Of a DNA stretch of 11,772 bases, positions 1-7,027 are shown in pieces. Position 1 is the first letter of the stretch, and each line of letters begins with the position of its first letter. This stretch comes from Clostridia bacterium (GTDB taxonomy: Bacteria; Bacillota; Clostridia; Lachnospirales; CAG-274). The notes below the pieces were generated by a model. It did no database searches and was not told where the DNA came from. It saw only the letters and a program-made list of their open reading frames with translations. The stretch lies in assembly GCA_030536675.1 (NCBI GenBank), contig JAUNPM010000026.1, positions 1 to 11,772 of the forward strand, written 5' to 3'. The position numbers were made by a program, and so were the translations under genes.

Positions 1-127
1 AGAAAAAAGGTTCATAATGGGATAGTACCTCCTTTGTGGAAAGATATTTAAAAAGTGCCTTAAAAAATTTAAGTTAAAATATATATTAACTTAAGTATAT
101 CACAGATAAAAGTAAATTCAATTAAAA

Positions 128-158
128 AAATTAAGTATTTCTAAAAAATACTTAATTT
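128..158. promoter_or_regulatory. Perfect 13-bp inverted repeat AAATTAAGTATTT-N5-AAATACTTAATTT. It is part of an array of TTAAGTAT/ATACTTAA 8-mers (approximately 69-76, 91-98, 131-138, 149-156 and 177-184) just upstream of the glt promoter. Candidate operator for an unknown regulator.
   Basis: Read directly: aaattaagtattt (128-140) and its exact reverse complement aaatacttaattt (146-158). The same 8-mer recurs as TTAAGTAT at 91-98 and near-matches at 69-76 (TTAAGTTA) and 177-184 (ATACTTGA). It is AT-only, so it reads as a protein-binding site rather than a terminator. Confidence 0.3.
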
Positions 159-182
159 AATAAATAAATTTTAAAAAAATAC

Positions 183-211
183 TTGATTTTTTAATTGGTA
201 TGTAGTATTAT
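183..211 (+). promoter_or_regulatory. SigmaA-type promoter candidate for the glt operon: -35 TTGATT (183-188), 17-nt spacer, -10 TATTAT (206-211).
   Basis: Hexamers and spacing read directly. The predicted TSS at about 218 gives a roughly 90-nt leader before the gltB start. A second, weaker candidate, TTGGAA(269-274)-17-TATATA(292-297), would give a leaderless transcript lacking the SD. Confidence 0.35.
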
Positions 212-225
212 ATATACAAGCAAAG

Positions 226-271
226 GAGCTCAAAGGTAATAGTGCGTCTATTTATCTTGGGCTCTTTTTTG
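226..271 (+). terminator. Hairpin plus U-tract inside the glt leader. Possible attenuator or conditional terminator.
   Basis: GAGCTCAAAG (226-235) pairs with CTTGGGCTC (257-265), an 8-bp stem with one G-U wobble. The loop is about 20 nt and TTTTTT (265-270) follows. It lies between the predicted -10 and the gltB RBS. The large loop makes it weaker than a canonical terminator. Confidence 0.25.
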
Positions 272-306
272 GAAAAGGCAATTAATCAATATATATAAAA
301 GAAAGG

Positions 307-3300
307 ATGAAAAATGTGATTTGTAACGGATTACCTGAAAAGCAGGGATTGTATGATCCTATGTTTGAGCACGATAACTGTGGTATAGGCTGTCTTGTAA
401 ATATAAAGGGCAGAAAATCTCACAAAATTATTAATGATGCTATTGAAATTCTTAAAAACCTTACCCACAGAGGCGGCGTGGGAAGTGAACCCGATACAGG
501 CGACGGTGCCGGTATACTTATACAGATACCTCATAATTTTATGAAAAAGGTCTGTCAAAATGAAGGCATAAAGCTGCCTGCAGAAGGAGATTACGGCGTT
601 GGTATGCTTTTCTTATCTCCTGATGATGAAACGAGAGAGAGAAGCGTTTGCAAGCTCCGCAACATTGTTAAAGAAGAGGGTATGGAGTTTTTAGGCATAA
701 GAGAAGTGCCTACATATGCTAACTGCATAGGAAATACTGCAAGAGAGGCTATGCCTCACATTGTGCAGGTTTTTATAAAAAGACCCGATGAGGTTGATGC
801 AGGCATTGCTTTTGAAAGAAAACTTTTTGTTGTTCTGAAAAGAGCAGAAAAGGAAATAAGATATTGTGAACTTACAAATGACATATATAATGAAAGGGAC
901 AGCTATTTTTACTTTGCATCTCTTTCATCAAGAACTATGGTTTATAAGGGTATGCTTACTCCCGATCAGGTTTCTAAGTTTTATCTTGACCTTATGGATC
1001 TTGATATGACAACTGCAATAGCTCTTGTACACAGCCGTTTTTCAACCAATACATTCCCAAGCTGGGAAAGAGCTCATCCTAACAGATATATTATTCACAA
1101 TGGTGAAATAAATACAATAAGAGGTAATATAAACTGGACTAACGCAAGACAGCAAATGTTTGATACAGATATATTCGGTGATGATATTACTAAGATTTAT
1201 CCCGTAATAAATGAGGATGGTTCAGACTCTGCAATGCTTGACAATTATCTCCATATGCTTACATTGTCAGGCATACCTATACAGCAGGCTGTAATGATGG
1301 CTATTCCCGAACCATGGGAAAATGATAAATCAATGGATAAGGCAAAGAGAGCCTTTTATGAATATAATTCAACCTGTACGGAGCCTTGGGACGGACCAGC
1401 TGCAATTGCCTTTACTGACGGTGTTGTAGTGGGAGCTACTCTTGACAGAAACGGCTTAAGACCTGCAAGATATGTTGTTACAAATGATGATATGCTTGTG
1501 CTTTCATCTGAAGTGGGCGTAATTGACATTGATGAATCAAAGGTTATAAAGAAAAGCAGACTTGAACCCGGTAAAATGCTTCTTATAGATACAAAAGAGG
1601 GCAGAATCGTATCCGATGAGGAATTAAAGGGCGAGGTTGCTTCAAGGTATCCTTACGAAAAATGGATAAGTGAAAATCTTACTGATATAAATAATATTAA
1701 ATCTGGTAAGAAGGCTCTTGTATGGACTGACCTTGTAGATGCAATAAAAGAAAAAAATGCAAAAATGCATCACGGGGATATAATGATAAACAGGCTTATT
1801 GAGCTTGAAAACTTATTTGTAAACAAAGAAAATGATTTTGATACAAAGGAAACTTTGCTTACACAGCAAAAAGCATTCGGATATACGTGGGAAGATATAG
1901 ACGCTACATTAAAGGGAATGATGGAAACAGGAACAGATCCTATTTCTGCAATGGGAACAGATTCTCCTTTAGCTGTTCTTTCAGATAAGCCACAGCTTTT
2001 ATATAATTATTTTAAGCAGCTTTTTGCACAGGTTACAAATCCTCCTATTGATGCAATAAGAGAGGAGATAGTAACAAGTACTCTTGTATACCTTGGAGGA
2101 GAAAAGAATATACTTGATCCGAAAGCGGAAAATTGCAGAAGAATAAAGTGTGATACTCCTATACTTACAAATGAGCAGACGGCTTCAATAAAAGCTATTG
2201 ATGATGAAAATTATAAATCAGTAACTATTCCTATGCTTTACAATATTAAGGAAGAAAACGGCCTTGAAAGTGCTATTGACTGTATATTTGAGGCTGCGGA
2301 TATAGCTATAGATAACGGCTGCAACATTATTGTCCTTTCAGATAAGGGCGTTGATAAAAATAAGTGCGCTATTCCGGCTCTTCTTGCAGGTGCAGGACTT
2401 CATCACCACTTAATAAGACAGGGAACAAGAATGAAGGTTTCAATTGTTATTGAAACAGGTGAACCAAGAGAGGTGCATCACTTTGCAGTGCTTTTGGGTT
2501 ATGGCGTAAATGCCGTAAATCCATATCTTGTGTATGAAACATTAAAGGATATGGCTGAAAATGATTACATTACAAAAACAGCAGATGAGGCTGTAAAACT
2601 TTATATAGATGTTGTAACTCACGGTATTGTAAAAATTATGTCTAAAATGGGTATATCTACAATACAGAGTTATCAGGGTGCCCAGATATTTGAGGCACTT
2701 GGCGTAAGCGAGGCAATTGTAAACAAATTCTTTACGGGTACTGTAACAAGAATTGGCGGTATTGAGCTTTCTCATATTGACAAAGAGGCTAAAATGCGTC
2801 ATACAAAGGCCTTTGATCCTCTTACAAAGGTTGAAGCTCTTGAACCCGGCGGAGATTACAAGTGGAGAAAGAACGGGGAATATCATATGTTTAACCCACG
2901 TTCAATTTATCTTTTACAGAAAGCCTGCCGTGAAGGAGATTACAAGCTCTTTAAAGAGTTTACAAATATGCAGAATGACACAAGTGAACAGCTTTGTACA
3001 ATAAGAGGGCTTTTGGATATAAGAACTATTGACAAGCCTATAAATATAGATGAAGTTGAACCTGTGGAATCAATTGTAAAAAGATTTAAAACAGGTGCAA
3101 TGAGCTACGGCTCAATTTCAAAGGAAGCACACGAGTGTATGGCTATTGCAATGAACAGACTGGGCGGTAAGTCAAACTCAGGTGAAGGCGGCGAGGAAGC
3201 TGAAAGATTTACTCCCGATGAAAACGGTGATTTAAGACGTTCTGCAATTAAGCAGGTTGCTTCGGGAAGATTTGGCGTGACTATCCACTATTTGCAAAAT

Positions 3301-5076
3301 GCAATAGAAATACAGATCAAAATGGCACAGGGCGCAAAGCCCGGTGAAGGCGGTCATTTGCCTGGTAAAAAGGTTTATCCTTGGATAGCAAAGGCAAGAA
3401 ATTCAACTCCCGGTGTAGGACTTATTTCACCTCCTCCTCACCACGATATTTATTCAATTGAGGATCTTGCGCAGCTTATACACGATTTAAAAAATGCAAA
3501 CAGAGATGCAAGAATTTCCGTTAAACTTGTTAGTGAAGCAGGCGTTGGTACTATTGCAGTAGGTGTTGCAAAGGGAAGAGCCGACGTAATTCTTGTAAGC
3601 GGCTATGACGGAGGTACAGGAGCGGCTCCGAGAACATCTGTCAGACACGCAGGTCTTCCTTGGGAGCTTGGTGTTGCGGAAACTCATCAGGCGCTTCTTA
3701 TGAATAATCTTAGAAACAGAGTTGTTATAGAAACAGACGGTAAGCTTTTAACAGGAAGAGATATAGCGGTAGCTTGTCTTTTGGGTGCGGAAGAATTTGG
3801 ATTTGCAACAGGTCCGCTTATTACAATGGGCTGTGTTATGATGAGAGTTTGTAATCTTGACACCTGCCCTGTAGGCGTTGCAACACAAAATCCCGAGCTT
3901 AGAAAGAAGTTTAGAGGAAAGCCTGAATATGTTGAAAACTTTATGAGATTTATTGCACAGGATCTTAGAGAATGGATGGCAAGAATTGGCTGCAAGACAA
4001 TAAATGAAATGATAGGTCACGTTGAAAAACTTACTCCTAAGAAGCTTAGCCACTGGAAGGCTAAGGAGGTTGACCTTACAAGTATGCTTTATCAGCCTAA
4101 GATCTGTTCAAATGATTCCGAAAGATATTTTAATGTGAAGCAGGATCACGAGCTTGAAAAGTGCCTTGATGTAAATGCTCTTGTAAGACTTTGTACACCT
4201 GCTATCAAGGAAGGTAAGAAGATAAATGCTTCTCTTGAAATAACCAATATTGACAGAGTGTGCGGAACAATACTTTCAAGTGAAATTACCAAAAAATACG
4301 GAGTTGAAGGACTTCCCGATGATACTATAAATCTTGAATTTGAGGGCAGTGCAGGTCAAAGTTTCGGAGCTTTTCAGACTCATGGTGTAACTATGAAGCT
4401 TTCAGGAGACGCCAATGACTATATAGGCAAGGGCTTATCAGGCGGTAAGATAGTTGTTGTACCGTCCAAAAAGGCTAAATTTACGGCAGAAGATAATGTT
4501 ATCATAGGCAATGTGGCATTTTACGGTGCTATAAGCGGCGAGGCTTATATAAACGGTATGGCAGGAGAAAGATTTTGTGTAAGAAACTCAGGTATTACCG
4601 CAGTAGTTGAGTCTATAGGTCAGCACGGCTGTGAATATATGACGGGAGGTCGTGTAGCCGTACTTGGAAAAACAGGAAGAAACTTCGGAGCAGGTATGTC
4701 AGGCGGGGTTGCTTATGTTTATAATTACGGCGGAGATTTTGAGTCAAGATGCAATAAGGAATTGATACTTCTTGAAGAAGTTACAAGAGATAAAGATATT
4801 GCCGAATTAAAAACAATGATCGAAAATCACGTTAAGTACACAGGCTCTCAAAGAGGAAAGGAATTACTTGAAAACTTTGATGAGGAAATAAAGAATTTTG
4901 TTAAGGTTATACCTAAGGCTTATAAAGAAATGATTGAAGAAATTGACAGAGCAAAGGCAGCAGGATTAAGCGATGAGGACGCTTTGCTTGACGCTTTCAT
5001 TACAGTAAGCGGGTCAACAATAGTTAAAAGACCCGAAGCTGCCATTAAATCAGAAAGGAGTGCTGTAAATGGGTAA
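307..5076 (+). CDS. gltB: Glutamate synthase large subunit (GOGAT alpha chain). N-terminal class-II glutamine amidotransferase with catalytic Cys in EHDNCGIGC, a central domain, an FMN/3Fe-4S domain (CNLDTCPVG, GGTGAAP) and a C-terminal GXGXG beta-helix domain.
   Basis: Uninterrupted 1589-aa ORF. The hallmark motifs of the large GOGAT subunit are readable throughout the translation: HSRFSTNTFPSWERAHP, the PPPHHDIYSIEDL FMN-domain motif, and CVMMRVCNLDTCP. AAAGG (302-306) abuts the ATG at 307, so an in-frame GTG at 316 with 5-nt spacing is an alternative start. Confidence 0.95.
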   Translation: MKNVICNGLPEKQGLYDPMFEHDNCGIGCLVNIKGRKSHKIINDAIEILKNLTHRGGVGSEPDTGDGAGILIQIPHNFMKKVCQNEGIKLPAEGDYGVGMLFLSPDDETRERSVCKLRNIVKEEGMEFLGIREVPTYANCIGNTAREAMPHIVQVFIKRPDEVDAGIAFERKLFVVLKRAEKEIRYCELTNDIYNERDSYFYFASLSSRTMVYKGMLTPDQVSKFYLDLMDLDMTTAIALVHSRFSTNTFPSWERAHPNRYIIHNGEINTIRGNINWTNARQQMFDTDIFGDDITKIYPVINEDGSDSAMLDNYLHMLTLSGIPIQQAVMMAIPEPWENDKSMDKAKRAFYEYNSTCTEPWDGPAAIAFTDGVVVGATLDRNGLRPARYVVTNDDMLVLSSEVGVIDIDESKVIKKSRLEPGKMLLIDTKEGRIVSDEELKGEVASRYPYEKWISENLTDINNIKSGKKALVWTDLVDAIKEKNAKMHHGDIMINRLIELENLFVNKENDFDTKETLLTQQKAFGYTWEDIDATLKGMMETGTDPISAMGTDSPLAVLSDKPQLLYNYFKQLFAQVTNPPIDAIREEIVTSTLVYLGGEKNILDPKAENCRRIKCDTPILTNEQTASIKAIDDENYKSVTIPMLYNIKEENGLESAIDCIFEAADIAIDNGCNIIVLSDKGVDKNKCAIPALLAGAGLHHHLIRQGTRMKVSIVIETGEPREVHHFAVLLGYGVNAVNPYLVYETLKDMAENDYITKTADEAVKLYIDVVTHGIVKIMSKMGISTIQSYQGAQIFEALGVSEAIVNKFFTGTVTRIGGIELSHIDKEAKMRHTKAFDPLTKVEALEPGGDYKWRKNGEYHMFNPRSIYLLQKACREGDYKLFKEFTNMQNDTSEQLCTIRGLLDIRTIDKPINIDEVEPVESIVKRFKTGAMSYGSISKEAHECMAIAMNRLGGKSNSGEGGEEAERFTPDENGDLRRSAIKQVASGRFGVTIHYLQNAIEIQIKMAQGAKPGEGGHLPGKKVYPWIAKARNSTPGVGLISPPPHHDIYSIEDLAQLIHDLKNANRDARISVKLVSEAGVGTIAVGVAKGRADVILVSGYDGGTGAAPRTSVRHAGLPWELGVAETHQALLMNNLRNRVVIETDGKLLTGRDIAVACLLGAEEFGFATGPLITMGCVMMRVCNLDTCPVGVATQNPELRKKFRGKPEYVENFMRFIAQDLREWMARIGCKTINEMIGHVEKLTPKKLSHWKAKEVDLTSMLYQPKICSNDSERYFNVKQDHELEKCLDVNALVRLCTPAIKEGKKINASLEITNIDRVCGTILSSEITKKYGVEGLPDDTINLEFEGSAGQSFGAFQTHGVTMKLSGDANDYIGKGLSGGKIVVVPSKKAKFTAEDNVIIGNVAFYGAISGEAYINGMAGERFCVRNSGITAVVESIGQHGCEYMTGGRVAVLGKTGRNFGAGMSGGVAYVYNYGGDFESRCNKELILLEEVTRDKDIAELKTMIENHVKYTGSQRGKELLENFDEEIKNFVKVIPKAYKEMIEEIDRAKAAGLSDEDALLDAFITVSGSTIVKRPEAAIKSERSAVNG

Positions 5077-6532
5077 ACCAACAGGATTTATGGAATACGA
5101 AAGAAAACTTCCGGAGGACAGAAAGCCTGAAGTCAGAATGAAGGACTGGGGTGAATTCCATACACACTCCAATATTGATGAGCTTCAAACACAGGGCGCA
5201 AGATGTATGAACTGCGGTGTTCCTTTTTGTCACACAGGCGATCCCCTTGTAGGCGGCTGTCCTTTAAATAACCTTATTCCCGAGTGGAATGATCTTGTAT
5301 ATCACGGTAAAATTGAAGAGGCTTATAAAAGACTTTCAAAAACAAGTAACTTCCCGGAGTTTACGGGAAGGGTATGTCCGGCTCTTTGTGAAGGCTCCTG
5401 TACACTTGGTATGAATGAACCTGCGGTTACGGTTAAAAACATAGAGGTTCATATTATTGATACGATGTTTGAGCAGGGTAAGGTACAGCCCAGAATACCT
5501 AAAAAGTCTACTGAAAAGAGAGTTGCGGTTGTAGGTTCAGGACCTTCAGGTCTTGCCTGCGCCGACATTCTTAATCAAATGGGACATAAGGTCACTGTAT
5601 TTGAGCGTTCTGACAGAGTAGGCGGTTTGCTTATGTATGGTATTCCAAATATGAAGCTTGATAAGAAGATAGTTCAAAGAAGAGTGGACATTCTTGAAAA
5701 AGAGGGTATTGTTTTTGTTACAAATACAGAAGTGGGCAAAAATTATCCTACGGCAAAGCTTATAAATGAATTTGACGCTGTTGTTCTCTGCTGTGGTGCA
5801 ACTAAGCCTAGGGATTTGGTTTGTGAAGGCAGAAATGATGTAAACGGTATTTATTTTGCCGTGGACTTTTTAAAGGCAAATACAAAGAGCCTGCTTGATT
5901 CAAACCTTTCAGACAGACAGTTTATAAGCGCAGAGGGCAAGGATGTAATTATTGTAGGCGGCGGAGATACGGGTACAGACTGTGTGGGTACTTCAATAAG
6001 ACACGGCTGCAAGTCTGTTTTCCAAATGGAAATTATGCCTGAGGCTCCCGAGTGCAGAACTGCGGCAAATCATTGGCCACAGTGGCCCAGAATAAAGAAA
6101 ACTGATTATGGACAGGAAGAGGCAATCAAGCTTTACGGACGTGATCCGAGAGAATATCTTACAACAGTAACAAAGGTGGTTCCCGATGAAAAGGGAAATA
6201 TTAAGGAGGTCCATACTGTACAGGTAAAATGGAACAATGTAAACGGAAGAATGGTTTCTGAGTATATTCCCGGAACTGAAAAGGTTTGGCCTTGTCAATT
6301 GATGCTTTTGGCAATGGGCTTTACGGGTCCTGAAGATACATTGATAAAACAGCTTTCTCTTGAAACGGATCAGAGAAGCAATGTTAAAACACCTTTAGGC
6401 AAGTATAACACAAGTCTTAAAGGAGTTTTTGCGGCAGGAGATATGAGAAGAGGACAAAGTCTTGTTGTTTGGGCTATCCATGAGGGAAGAGAAGCGGCAA
6501 AGGCTTGTAATGAGTATCTTAATAAAAAATAA
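5069..6532 (+). CDS. gltD: Glutamate synthase small subunit (NADPH-dependent, GOGAT beta chain). N-terminal Cys clusters (CMNCGVPFCH, CPALCEGSC), an FAD fold (VAVVGSGPSGLACA) and an NADPH fold (IIVGGGDTGTDC).
   Basis: 487-aa ORF. RBS GAAAGGAG at 5050-5057. The ATG at 5069 overlaps the gltB stop by 8 nt (ATGGGTAA), which indicates translational coupling. The motifs are characteristic of the GltD/dihydropyrimidine dehydrogenase PreT family. Confidence 0.95.
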   Translation: MGKPTGFMEYERKLPEDRKPEVRMKDWGEFHTHSNIDELQTQGARCMNCGVPFCHTGDPLVGGCPLNNLIPEWNDLVYHGKIEEAYKRLSKTSNFPEFTGRVCPALCEGSCTLGMNEPAVTVKNIEVHIIDTMFEQGKVQPRIPKKSTEKRVAVVGSGPSGLACADILNQMGHKVTVFERSDRVGGLLMYGIPNMKLDKKIVQRRVDILEKEGIVFVTNTEVGKNYPTAKLINEFDAVVLCCGATKPRDLVCEGRNDVNGIYFAVDFLKANTKSLLDSNLSDRQFISAEGKDVIIVGGGDTGTDCVGTSIRHGCKSVFQMEIMPEAPECRTAANHWPQWPRIKKTDYGQEEAIKLYGRDPREYLTTVTKVVPDEKGNIKEVHTVQVKWNNVNGRMVSEYIPGTEKVWPCQLMLLAMGFTGPEDTLIKQLSLETDQRSNVKTPLGKYNTSLKGVFAAGDMRRGQSLVVWAIHEGREAAKACNEYLNKK

Positions 6533-6544
6533 TGTTAAGTTAAG

Positions 6545-6577
6545 CGGGTTTGGTTTAAAATCAGACCCGTTTTTTTG
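6545..6577 (+). terminator. Rho-independent terminator of the glt operon.
   Basis: CGGGTTTGG (6545-6553), loop TTTAAAA, then CAGACCCG (6562-6569). The stem is about 9 bp including G-U pairs and is followed by TTTTTTT (6570-6576). It sits 13 nt after the gltD stop. Confidence 0.7.
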
Positions 6578-6749
6578 TTTGAGCTTATAATAAAATGGTA
6601 ATTTTAAAAGTATAGAGAATAAAGAAAAATAAAAGGTCATAAAAATTATAGAAGCATAAAAATGATTTTGTATACGTATGAGTGCAAAAATATGATTAAA
6701 TTAAAAAATGCTTTAAATGGGTTTGTTTTGTGAATTTTGTAGAAATGTA

Positions 6750-6786
6750 TTGACTTTTAGTACAATAAAATGTAAAATATTTTACA
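6750..6786 (+). promoter_or_regulatory. SigmaA-type promoter candidate, -35 TTGACT (6750-6755), 17-nt spacer, -10 TAAAAT (6773-6778). It overlaps a perfect 16-bp palindrome TGTAAAATATTTTACA (6771-6786), a candidate operator.
   Basis: Read directly. The palindrome is exact: the reverse complement of TGTAAAAT is ATTTTACA. It covers the -10 element, the classic position for a repressor site. It resembles but does not match the 17-bp TnrA/GlnR box TGTNA-N7-TNACA, being 1 bp shorter. Confidence 0.35.
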
Positions 6787-7027
6787 GGATATTAAGCACA
6801 TTCCTTGTGCGTTGAAAAAGAATTTATCAGTGTCTTTTGTGGGTAACAGAGGTAAAAAAGAATATTTATACGGATAAGTAAATACAGAAATTTGTAAATA
6901 CGGAAGATAAAATTACGTGAACGAATAAGTTATAGATATAGTAAATTTATGGTATTTTTATCGGATAATTTACGGCAGCATATTACGTAAGAAAAATAAA
7001 CAAACTATAGCATTGAGGGGGATAACA

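Noticed and set aside
1-33. Possible 5' end of a divergent minus-strand gene (ATG complement at 13-15 reading off the window, GGAGG complement at 28-32).
   Set aside because: Only 5 codons are in the window and the SD-ATG spacing is long, about 12 nt. It cannot be assessed, so it is not reported as a feature.
166-180. AATTTTAAAAAAAT resembling the CodY box AATTTTCWGAAAATT.
   Set aside because: It lacks the central CWG and is essentially an A/T run. That is too weak to call in 80% AT sequence.
269-297. Second promoter-like pair TTGGAA-17-TATATA immediately upstream of gltB.
   Set aside because: It would give a transcript starting at about 304, removing the SD and making a leaderless mRNA. 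It is more likely a chance match in AT-rich DNA. The 183-211 pair is kept as the primary candidate.
2542-4053. Antisense and alternate-frame ORFs inside gltB (2542..2886 -, 2753..3004 +, 3487..3687 -, 3687..3995 -, 3748..4053 -, and also 331..558 -).
   Set aside because: They are fully embedded in a 1589-aa ORF with continuous, recognisable glutamate synthase motifs. They are low-complexity, Cys/Ser/Asn-rich translations typical of antisense reading of an AT-rich gene. None has an SD or a promoter.
5045-6640. ORFs 5045..5233 -, 5993..6298 - and 6395..6640 -, overlapping the gltB/gltD junction, the gltD body and the terminator.
   Set aside because: They are antisense to the well-supported gltD. 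The last one runs through the rho-independent terminator hairpin. They have no translation signals.
6662-6733. 23-codon ORF (MILYTYECKNMIKLKNALNGFVL) in the glt/module intergenic region, next to direct repeats CATAAAAATNAT (6648-6680).
   Set aside because: There is no Shine-Dalgarno, it is very AT-rich, and the repeats are simple A-tracts. It is most likely non-coding spacer. A small regulatory peptide cannot be excluded, but nothing supports it.
6771-6786. Interpretation of TGTAAAATATTTTACA as a bona fide TnrA/GlnR box.
   Set aside because: The TnrA/GlnR consensus is a 17-bp TGTNA-N7-TNACA. This palindrome is 16 bp with a 6-bp core, so the half-site spacing is wrong. It is kept only as a generic operator candidate.
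6949-6990. 13-codon uORF (MVFLSDNLRQHIT) in the leader of the SPFH gene.
   Set aside because: There is no SD and the ATG sits in the repeat-rich leader. It is listed only as a possible leader-peptide candidate if the region proves to be an attenuator.
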